A DNA stretch of 25,233 nt, taken from the UHGV virus genome UHGV-0079576. One strand, given 5' to 3'. Source of the DNA: a virus. Below, piece after piece: positions 7,528-14,576 of the stretch. Below the pieces are notes generated by a model. The model was given only the letters and a program-made list of their open reading frames with translations. It was not told where the DNA came from and made no database searches. The position numbers and the translations under genes are program-made. Positions within the stretch are counted from its first letter, which is position 1; each line of letters starts with the position of its first letter.

Positions 7528-9133
7528 TTTATCGCATATTGCCGCCATGGCATTTAATGAGCCGCTTTTACTGGAACCCGCCTATGCGCGGGTTTTCTTT
7601 TGCGCGCTGGGTAAAGAGATGGGGGCCGGCAGCCTTGCCGTTCCTCAGCAGGCTGTTCAGCTTGATGCTGATGGTATGCAACTGGCGGTGACTGACTATA
7701 TGGCGGGCGGTCAGCGTCCGGCAAAGAGTTACCAGGTGAAGAATGGCATCGCCATTCTGCCGGTGAGCGGCACGCTGGTGCATAAACTGGGTACCCTGCG
7801 GCCTTACTCCGGCATGACTGGCTATGACGGCCTGACGGCCCGCCTTCAGATGGCGGTGAATGATCCGGATGTGCGCGGCATTTTGCTGGATATCGACAGC
7901 CCGGGCGGTCAGGCTGCCGGGGCGTTTGACTGTGCTGACATGATTTACCGCCTGCGGGAACAGAAGCCCGTGTGGGCGCTGTGTAATGACATGGCCTGTT
8001 CAGCCGCCATGTTGCTGGCGGCAGCCTGTACGCGTCGGCTGGTCACGCAGACGGCAAAAATTGGTTCGATTGGTGTGATGATGGCGCACACCAGTTACGA
8101 GAAACAACTGGCACAGGAAGGGGTGGATATCACGCTGATTTACGCCGGGCAGCACAAGGTTGACGGCAACAGTATTCAGGCATTGCCGGCAGGTGTGCGT
8201 GCAGATTTTCAGCGCCGTATTGATGAGGCCCGCCGGATGTTTGTCGACAAAGTGGCGCTTTATACGGGGCTGAGTTCAGAGGCGGTGATGAATACCGAGG
8301 CTGCCGTTTATGACGGTCAGGCAGGCATTGATGCAGGCCTGGCTGATCAACTGATTAATGCTGCAGATGCCGTTGAAGTGATGGTTTCTGCACTGAATGA
8401 CTCTGTTACGAAGGAGAATGCAATGACTGTTAAAAATCTCACCGTTGCTGAAGCGGTGGCCCAGGAAAATCAGCGCGTGATGGGGATCCTGAATTGTCAG
8501 GAGGCGAAAGGGCGCGAGCAACTGGCGCAAATGCTGGCAGGTCAACCTGGAATGACGGTTGAGCAGGCGAAAACGTTGCTGGCTGCTGCGCCGGTTGCCG
8601 GTACTGACAGCACGGGTGATCAGATTATGACGCTGCCGGAAGCAAAGGGGCGTGAGCAACTGGCGCAGATGCTGGCAGGTCAACCGGGGATGACGGTGGC
8701 GCAGGCGAAAGCGTTTCTGGCGGCAGCCCCTGCAGCCGGTGCTGCAGGCACAGGCGATCAGATTATGGCGTTACCAGAAGCAAAAGGGCGTGAACAACTC
8801 GCGCAGGCGCTGGCTGAACAGCCGGGAATGACCGTTGACCAGGCCAAAACGTTACTGGCGGCGGCACCGGTTGCGGGTTCTGCAAGTGTCGGCGAGCAGA
8901 TTATGGCGCTGCCGGAGGCGAAAGGGCGCGAACAACTTGCACAGGCACTGACAGAACAGCCAGGAATGACGGTGGCGCAGGCGAAAACGCTGCTGGCAGC
9001 CGCGCCGGCGGCATCGCAACCGTCACAGGAAACACTTTTTGATCGCTTTATGGCACAGCATGCTGCCAGTGCGGTTTCCGGTGGCGGAACGGCCGGGCGC
9101 GGGGAGGAAGACCTGCTGATGAGTATGCCGTAA
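7517..9133 (+). CDS. C: Prohead protease / minor capsid protein C (S49 peptidase family) with a C-terminal repeat-containing scaffold-like domain
   Basis: ATG at 7517 (GTG at 7514); N-terminal two-thirds is ClpP/S49-like; C-terminal third carries four 46-aa repeats; position as lambda C. Confidence 0.8.
   Translation: MRRNLSHIAAMAFNEPLLLEPAYARVFFCALGKEMGAGSLAVPQQAVQLDADGMQLAVTDYMAGGQRPAKSYQVKNGIAILPVSGTLVHKLGTLRPYSGMTGYDGLTARLQMAVNDPDVRGILLDIDSPGGQAAGAFDCADMIYRLREQKPVWALCNDMACSAAMLLAAACTRRLVTQTAKIGSIGVMMAHTSYEKQLAQEGVDITLIYAGQHKVDGNSIQALPAGVRADFQRRIDEARRMFVDKVALYTGLSSEAVMNTEAAVYDGQAGIDAGLADQLINAADAVEVMVSALNDSVTKENAMTVKNLTVAEAVAQENQRVMGILNCQEAKGREQLAQMLAGQPGMTVEQAKTLLAAAPVAGTDSTGDQIMTLPEAKGREQLAQMLAGQPGMTVAQAKAFLAAAPAAGAAGTGDQIMALPEAKGREQLAQALAEQPGMTVDQAKTLLAAAPVAGSASVGEQIMALPEAKGREQLAQALTEQPGMTVAQAKTLLAAAPAASQPSQETLFDRFMAQHAASAVSGGGTAGRGEEDLLMSMP
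8423..9133 (+). CDS. Nested in-frame scaffold protein (lambda Nu3-like) initiated inside the C gene
   Basis: In-frame ATG at 8423 preceded by AAGGAG (8411-8416); would give a 236-aa product covering the repeat array; analogous to the lambda C/Nu3 in-frame overlap. Confidence 0.4.
   Translation: MTVKNLTVAEAVAQENQRVMGILNCQEAKGREQLAQMLAGQPGMTVEQAKTLLAAAPVAGTDSTGDQIMTLPEAKGREQLAQMLAGQPGMTVAQAKAFLAAAPAAGAAGTGDQIMALPEAKGREQLAQALAEQPGMTVDQAKTLLAAAPVAGSASVGEQIMALPEAKGREQLAQALTEQPGMTVAQAKTLLAAAPAASQPSQETLFDRFMAQHAASAVSGGGTAGRGEEDLLMSMP
8501..9010 (+). repeat. In-frame tandem repeat array, about 3.7 copies of 138 bp (46 aa: EAKGREQLAQ(M/A)LA(G/E)QPGMTV.QAK..LAAAP.AG…QIM.LP)
   Basis: Units begin at 8501, 8639, 8777 and 8915 with high nucleotide identity. 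Confidence 0.85.
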
Positions 9134-9171
9134 GCGATATCCGGAATTCAGATAAATCAGGAGACTAAAAA

Positions 9172-9507
9172 ATGATTAAAACCACCACGGAAAAGCGTGC
9201 GGATGTGTACATTTTTGCCGGAAACGATCCGGCGCATACCGCAAAAGCCACCAGTGGTATCAGTGTCGCCATGCCTGCACTGACGCCACTGATGCTGGAT
9301 GACGCCACCGGTAAACTGGTGGCATGGGATGGTCAGAAAGCCGGAACGGCAGTGGGCGTGCTGGCTCTGGCACTTACCGGAACAGAACCCACGCTGACGT
9401 ACTACAAAAGCGGTACGTTTGCCACTGAGTCGCTGGTCTGGCCTGACTCAGTGGATGCGGTGAAAAAAGCCAACGCATTTGTGGGAAGTGCCATCAGCCA
9501 CGCCTGA
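9172..9507 (+). CDS. D: Head decoration protein (lambda gpD-like)
   Basis: 111 aa; …DPAHTAKATSGISVAMPALTPLMLDDATGKLVAWDG…YYKSGTF… parallels lambda D; AGGAG upstream. Confidence 0.9.
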   Translation: MIKTTTEKRADVYIFAGNDPAHTAKATSGISVAMPALTPLMLDDATGKLVAWDGQKAGTAVGVLALALTGTEPTLTYYKSGTFATESLVWPDSVDAVKKANAFVGSAISHA

Positions 9508-9529
9508 TGGTGAAGTGATTAACTGAAAA

Positions 9530-9558
9530 ACGGGTCGCGATGCGGCCCGTTTGTGTTT
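9530..9558 (+). terminator. Putative attenuating intrinsic terminator between decoration and major capsid genes
   Basis: Stem acgggtcgc(9530-9538)/gcggcccgt(9542-9550) followed by ttgtgttt. Confidence 0.4.
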
Positions 9559-9575
9559 CTGAAGGAAAATAAATT

Positions 9576-10604
9576 ATGGGGTTATTTACCACGCGTCAGT
9601 TACTCGGGTACACCGAGCAGAAAGTGAAGTTTCGTGCGCTGTTTCTGGAGCTGTTCTTTCGTCGCACGATCACTTTCCATACTCAGGAAGTCATGCTGGA
9701 TAAAATTACCGGCAAAACACCGGTTGCGGCGTATGTGTCTCCGGTGGTGTCAGGCAAAGTGCTGCGCAGCCGTGGTGGTGAAACCCGTGTGTTATGTCCC
9801 GGTTATGTAAAACCAAAACACCGCTTTGATTATCAGCAGGCAGTGGAACGTCTTCCGGGAGAAGATCCGGCCCGCCTTAATGACCCGGCTTACCGCCGTC
9901 TGCGTATTCTGACGGACAACCTGAAACAGGAAGAGCAGGCGATTGTGCAGGTGGAAGAAATGCAGGCGGTCAGTGCCGTGTTGCAGGGTAAATACACCAT
10001 GAGCGGCGAGCAGTTTGAGACGGTGGAAGTGGATTTTGGGCGTTCTGTCGCCAATAACATTACGCAGGCTGGCGGACGCGAATGGTCGCAGCAGAATGCT
10101 GACACCTTCGATCCGACGCATGATCTGGATGCGTACTGCGATTTTGCTTCCGGCACCATCAATATCGCGATTATGGACGGCACGGTCTGGCGTATGCTGA
10201 ACGGTTTTAAACTGTTCCGTGAAAAACTGGATACACGCCGTGGCTCCAAATCTGAGCTGGAAACGGCACTGAAAGATCTGGGTTCCGTGGTTTCCTTTAA
10301 GGGCTGGTACGGCGATCTGGCTGTCGTGGTGGCGAAGACAACGTATGTTGACGAAAACGGGGATGAACAGCGTTATCTGCCTGAAGGTACACTGATTCTG
10401 GGAAATACCCAGGCGGAAGGCGTCCGTTGCTATGGTGCCATTCAGGATAATCAGGCGCTGAGTGAAGGGATCACCTCTGCTATTCGTTATCCGAAACACT
10501 GGGAGGAAGTGGGTGATCCTGGTTGTGAATATACCATGACGCAGTCTGCACCTTTGATGGTGCTGCCGGATCCGGATGCGTTTGTGGTGGTTCAGGTGAA
10601 ATAA
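9576..10604 (+). CDS. E: Major capsid protein (lambda gpE-like)
   Basis: 342 aa; collinear with lambda E (…VSPVVSGKVLRSRGGE…PGYVKPKH…DPAYRR…QVEEMQAVSAVLQGKYTMSGE…TRRGSKSELETALKDLG…TMTQSAPLMVLPDPDAFVVVQ). Confidence 0.95.
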   Translation: MGLFTTRQLLGYTEQKVKFRALFLELFFRRTITFHTQEVMLDKITGKTPVAAYVSPVVSGKVLRSRGGETRVLCPGYVKPKHRFDYQQAVERLPGEDPARLNDPAYRRLRILTDNLKQEEQAIVQVEEMQAVSAVLQGKYTMSGEQFETVEVDFGRSVANNITQAGGREWSQQNADTFDPTHDLDAYCDFASGTINIAIMDGTVWRMLNGFKLFREKLDTRRGSKSELETALKDLGSVVSFKGWYGDLAVVVAKTTYVDENGDEQRYLPEGTLILGNTQAEGVRCYGAIQDNQALSEGITSAIRYPKHWEEVGDPGCEYTMTQSAPLMVLPDPDAFVVVQVK

Positions 10605-10609
10605 GACTG

Positions 10610-10635
10610 GGCGGGATATTCCCGCCTTTTTCTTT
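10610..10635 (+). terminator. Putative intrinsic terminator after the major capsid gene
   Basis: Stem ggcggga(10610-10616)/tcccgcc(10620-10626), loop tat, then tttttcttt. Confidence 0.6.
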
Positions 10636-10654
10636 AGCGCACGGGAGAGATGTG

Positions 10655-11020
10655 ATGACAAAAGAGCAGATGACGGAACGCCTTCAGGAGCTGGCAGTGA
10701 TTCTGGGGCGTGAAGCAGATATTTCAGGTTCAAAAGCCGATCTTGAACAGCGCCTGGCGGAATGGGAAGAGGAGGCCGCTGGATTTGATGTGGGGGATAC
10801 AGGGGCGGAAGAGGTGGACAACAACGTATCCGGCGATGGGATGCATTCTGAGCGGGGACTCGTTCGGGTGCGCATGCTGAAAACGGCACATATGCCAGCC
10901 TGTGATGCAGCGACAGGAAAGATGTTGATGTTCGCCCGGGCCTCCAGTGTTGTGCTGGTTAATGAAGCTGCCGTTCCTGCATTACTGGCGGACGGTCTGG
11001 CAGAAAAAATCCGGGAGTGA
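10655..11020 (+). CDS. DNA-packaging / head accessory protein (lambda FI-like)
   Basis: ATG at 10655 (GTG 10652); N-terminus MTKEQMTERLQELAVILGRE… parallels lambda FI MTKDELIARLRSLGEQLNRD…; position after E. Confidence 0.55.
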   Translation: MTKEQMTERLQELAVILGREADISGSKADLEQRLAEWEEEAAGFDVGDTGAEEVDNNVSGDGMHSERGLVRVRMLKTAHMPACDAATGKMLMFARASSVVLVNEAAVPALLADGLAEKIRE

Positions 11021-11424
11021 TGATGTTCGATAATCTGTTCGATCAGGCCATGAGTGATGCGGATGACATCATCCTGGATACGATGGGGACGGAAATCAGC
11101 ATATATCCTGGCGGCACGGAAAGAAAAATCCGTGCCGTTTTCGATGCCCCGGCAGATAACACCGGGATGAACACTGGCAGCGGCGAAATTCGTGATACTG
11201 CGCCTGTGTTATTTACCCGGAGTGCATGGGCCGCCGGTCTGAAAAAATATGACAGGGTCATGATCCACGGCGAACCCTACCAGGTAGTCGATCCCGGCTG
11301 GGATGAGTCAGGCACTGCGGGTCAGGGTGTGATTACCATCACCCTCGCGCGGGGAGAGCCGGGGAGAAATACACCTTCCGCGCCGGAACGACCGAGTAAA
11401 CGTTATGGCAGTCAGAGAGCATGA
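11020..11424 (+). CDS. FII: Head-tail joining protein (lambda FII-like)
   Basis: N-terminus MMFDNLFDQAMSDADDII… parallels lambda FII MADFDNLFDAAIARADETI…; start overlaps the FI stop. Confidence 0.7.
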   Translation: MMFDNLFDQAMSDADDIILDTMGTEISIYPGGTERKIRAVFDAPADNTGMNTGSGEIRDTAPVLFTRSAWAAGLKKYDRVMIHGEPYQVVDPGWDESGTAGQGVITITLARGEPGRNTPSAPERPSKRYGSQRA

Positions 11425-12127
11425 ACGAAGCAGTGCCCGGCAGCGACGGCTGGCACGAAACCTCGTCGTCGATATTGATGAAGATGAGGTGCTGAAAATT
11501 ATCGCTAAACTGGGCGGTTCAAAAAGCCAGATCCGTAAAGCCTGGGGCGTGGCACTGAAAAGAGCTTCGTCTGCACTGCGGATGAAGGCTATGGCAGAGT
11601 TTAAAAAACAGGTTGCCCCACGCAGTCAGAAAATGATCAAAAAGCGTGTTCTGCATAATTTTGTCATTCGTCGTAACGGTGATGAGTTTGATGAGGCGAA
11701 GGTGTGGTTTGGTCTGAATGCCATCAAAGTACGTGATCTGCGCGGACGCATAAGTGGGGGACGACGCGGCGAACGTCATCAGTTGCGCGATGAGCGGGGA
11801 CGTTTTGCACCAGCTTCCCACCGCAGGAAGGCGCGGGAGATCCGTTTTAAACCTTCCGGGGAATCCCTGCCTGTCACCACCTGGTCAACGGATGATGCCT
11901 TCATCAACCAGTTCGAAACGGAAAATCGTAACGGACGTATATCAAAAAGGAAAACGATACTGGTCCGACAGGCATCCGGACGACGGAGGGTGCGTGAAGC
12001 GGAAATTGATATTTATGAAGCCATGCTGAACCGTATAGAGGATTTTGTTTTTCCGGATGCGGAAGCACTGATCCTGAAAAATTTTGAGCATGAACTGAAA
12101 TTCCGGGTATTTAAGGGGCTGGAGTGA
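11405..12127 (+). CDS. Putative neck / tail-completion protein (lambda Z-like by position and weak similarity)
   Basis: 240 aa, basic, overlaps the FII 3' end; weak resemblance to lambda Z in mid-region and C-terminus; assignment tentative. Confidence 0.4.
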   Translation: MAVREHERSSARQRRLARNLVVDIDEDEVLKIIAKLGGSKSQIRKAWGVALKRASSALRMKAMAEFKKQVAPRSQKMIKKRVLHNFVIRRNGDEFDEAKVWFGLNAIKVRDLRGRISGGRRGERHQLRDERGRFAPASHRRKAREIRFKPSGESLPVTTWSTDDAFINQFETENRNGRISKRKTILVRQASGRRRVREAEIDIYEAMLNRIEDFVFPDAEALILKNFEHELKFRVFKGLE

Positions 12128-12690
12128 TGGAGCCATTGATGATGGGAGCCTGGCATCAGGCGGTGATTGACAGTCTGAAACAAATTCCCTGGGTGGAAGA
12201 TGCCGATGAATACCCGGAAAAAGTGACGCAACTGGTGACGCCTGCCGTGTTTGTGGATGTACCTGGCTGGGACAAGACTCAGTTTGCCGACGGGCAGACG
12301 CGGGTCACGTTGAAATGTGATCTGTTTGTGGTGACAGACCGGGCCGGAAAGACGGAAAACGTGCCAAAACCGCAGATTTTTGCCCGTTGCCTGGCGATGG
12401 ATTTGTCTGACTGGATTGAGGGGGCCACGTTCGGGCTGGATAACGTTGATCCGGCTGTTTTTATTGATGCAGAGGTGGATACCTTCGACCGGCTTCTGGA
12501 TGACTACATCGTTTTCCGTGTTTCTTTCGAACAGGATATTCCTGTCGGGGAAGATCCGTTCGCGGTTCCGGCAGGTGCGCCATTACAGGAAGTCTGGCTG
12601 GGGAAAGTTCCGGAAACTGGCAAGAGACATGAGCGGGATTATCGTCTTATCTGGAAAACCGAGGGCACTGGCAATGAGTCTGGCGGATGA
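12127..12690 (+). CDS. Putative tail terminator / tail completion protein (lambda U-like fold by weak similarity)
   Basis: ATG at 12127 overlapping the upstream stop (TGATG); pattern WHQAVIDSLKQ…TPAVFVDVPGW…RVTLKCDLFVV…DYIVFRVSF resembles the lambda U layout. Confidence 0.4.
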   Translation: MEPLMMGAWHQAVIDSLKQIPWVEDADEYPEKVTQLVTPAVFVDVPGWDKTQFADGQTRVTLKCDLFVVTDRAGKTENVPKPQIFARCLAMDLSDWIEGATFGLDNVDPAVFIDAEVDTFDRLLDDYIVFRVSFEQDIPVGEDPFAVPAGAPLQEVWLGKVPETGKRHERDYRLIWKTEGTGNESGG

Positions 12691-13297
12691 AGTGGCAGAG
12701 TTACGCCGCAGGGTGGCGGATATGGTGCGGCGTGGGGTGGTGGAGGAAGTGATACCGGGTAGTCCGGTGATGGTTCGGGTGGATATCGGGGATGTGCTTT
12801 CGCCGCCGTTACCCTGGATTCAGGTGCAGTCCGGGCGCTACATGCAGGTCAGTAATTATCCGGCTCCCGGCGATGCCGTTACGGTGATATCGGAGGCGGG
12901 CGATCTGCGTAACGGTCGGGTGTATCCGGGGGCCAATATTGACGCTATCCCTGTCCCTGAGGGCAGTAAATACGAACATGTTATTTTGTTTGATACCGGA
13001 ACGGAAATCCGTTACGACCGTAAGGCTAATGCCCTGTCCATCACGCTGGCTGAAGGCGGTAGCTATAAAATTACCGGCAAGGGAACCCTGGACGGTCCGG
13101 TAGAAATCACAGACACCCTGACCGTACAGGGTAAAGCAACCATGAATACTGAAGCGGTAATTAAGGCGGATCTGACGGTCGGTGGTGAGGTTTCTGATCA
13201 TTACGGAACGATGAGTCAAATCCGGCTTGTCTATAACGGTCACAATCACCGGGGCGACAGTGGTGGCAGCACCGGACAGCCTGGTCAGCAAATGTAA
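12674..13297 (+). CDS. V: Baseplate spike / central hub protein (P2 gpV-like)
   Basis: ATG at 12674 inside the upstream gene's 3' end; N-terminus MSLADEVAELRRRVADMVRRGVVEEV and C-terminal HNHRGDSGGSTGQP parallel P2 V (…HTHKHPGDSGGTTGSP); the track's 12380 start is rejected. Confidence 0.75.
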   Translation: MSLADEVAELRRRVADMVRRGVVEEVIPGSPVMVRVDIGDVLSPPLPWIQVQSGRYMQVSNYPAPGDAVTVISEAGDLRNGRVYPGANIDAIPVPEGSKYEHVILFDTGTEIRYDRKANALSITLAEGGSYKITGKGTLDGPVEITDTLTVQGKATMNTEAVIKADLTVGGEVSDHYGTMSQIRLVYNGHNHRGDSGGSTGQPGQQM

Positions 13298-13330
13298 TCT
13301 CCTTTTCAGTTTTTTTCCGGAATAAACAAC

Positions 13331-13687
13331 ATGATTGGTATTGATTCAGCCACCGGCAGATATCTGCACGGTAACGAACATCTGCGCCAGTCCGTCACCG
13401 ATATTTTGTCAACGCCGGTCGGCAGCCGGGTCCTGCTCAGGGAATACGGCAGCAGACTGTTCAGTCTGCTTGATAACCCACAGGATGATTTCACGCGGGT
13501 GAGAATTGTCCGTGAAACGGCAACCGCCCTTGAACGCTGGGAACCCCGCCTGACCCTCCGGCGGGTGGAGGTGACGTGGACAGGAGCAGGGAGCGCCTGG
13601 CTGACGCTTGTCGGGGTGAACAACGAAACTCAGGACATGATTCGACTCGAGGAGATAAAAATTGGCAATGTCTCAGGCAATCATTGA
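13331..13687 (+). CDS. W: Baseplate wedge protein (P2 gpW / gp25-like)
   Basis: 118 aa; …SVTDILSTPVGSRVLLREYGSRLFSLLDNPQ…LERWEPRLTL… parallels P2 W. Confidence 0.8.
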   Translation: MIGIDSATGRYLHGNEHLRQSVTDILSTPVGSRVLLREYGSRLFSLLDNPQDDFTRVRIVRETATALERWEPRLTLRRVEVTWTGAGSAWLTLVGVNNETQDMIRLEEIKIGNVSGNH

Positions 13688-14576
13688 TCTGTCCGCGATA
13701 CCGGTACCGGATGCTGTGGAAGTGCCGGATACCGCAATGCTCGTCTCTCAGATAGTGGCGAAGTATCAGGAGGTGGATACGTTGTTTTCAGCACTGGTGG
13801 AATCTGATCCTGCTTATAAATGGGCGGAGGCACTGGCTTTTCGGGTGGCGCTGATGCGCCAGCAAATAAATGATGCAGTTCGTGCAGTACTGCTTGCCAG
13901 TGCCGGTGGGAACGATCTGGATCAGGTTGGCGCGAATTATCAGGTACAGCGGCTGGTAATTACCCCTGCAGACGACAGCACCATTCCGCCCACGCCGGCG
14001 GTGTATGAAGATGATGACGCCTTTCGCGAACGCATTCAGTTGTCATGGGCACGGCTCAGCACCGCTGGCGCGAAAAATGCGTACCACTATTTTGCACAAA
14101 GTGCTGATCCTGATGTGCTGGATGTGAAAGCCTACGGGCCGGAAACGCATTCGCAGGAAGGGCGGGTTTTTCTTTATGTGTTATCCCGGTCAGGAAATGG
14201 CACCGCATCACAACCCCTGCTGGATAAGGTGGCAGCATCAGTCAGTGATGATGAAACCCGTCCCCTGACGGATTTTGTCAGTGTCCGGGCGGCAGAAATT
14301 ATTCCCTACGACGTGGTGGCGAATATTCATATTCCCTACGGACTGGATGGTGAACTGGTAATGGCAAATGCCCGTAAGGCGCTGCAGTCTTACACTGACA
14401 GTGTCCACAGGATTGGTTCAGTGGCATCCCGTTCCGGCATGGATGGTGCACTGCACCAGACCGGGGTGATTACGGTGAATCTGACCTCTCCTGCCAGTGA
14501 TATCGTTCCTGCGATGGGGCAGGCACCGTGGTGCCGTAAGGTAACACTGAACAAGGTGGAGACAACCGATGAATGA
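13668..14576 (+). CDS. J: Baseplate assembly protein (P2 gpJ-like)
   Basis: Collinear with P2 J (AIIDLSAIPVPDAV…LLASAGGNDLDQVGANYQVQRLVITPADDSTIPPTPAV…); ATG at 13668 (track start is TTG 13662). Confidence 0.9.
   Translation: MSQAIIDLSAIPVPDAVEVPDTAMLVSQIVAKYQEVDTLFSALVESDPAYKWAEALAFRVALMRQQINDAVRAVLLASAGGNDLDQVGANYQVQRLVITPADDSTIPPTPAVYEDDDAFRERIQLSWARLSTAGAKNAYHYFAQSADPDVLDVKAYGPETHSQEGRVFLYVLSRSGNGTASQPLLDKVAASVSDDETRPLTDFVSVRAAEIIPYDVVANIHIPYGLDGELVMANARKALQSYTDSVHRIGSVASRSGMDGALHQTGVITVNLTSPASDIVPAMGQAPWCRKVTLNKVETTDE

Noticed and set aside
8501-9010. Possible CRISPR-like array, considered because of regular direct repeats
   Set aside because: Repeats are 138 bp, contiguous with no spacers, and in-frame within a protein-coding gene; they are coding tandem repeats
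9792-10889. 365-aa ORF on the minus strand
   Set aside because: Lies entirely antisense to the well-supported major capsid gene; translation is low-complexity (Pro/Arg/His-rich) with no protein-like features; typical antisense open frame in GC-rich coding DNA
12380-12673. Upstream extension of the baseplate V ORF (track start at 12380)
   Set aside because: This stretch overlaps the preceding gene in another frame; homology to P2 V begins at the ATG at 12674
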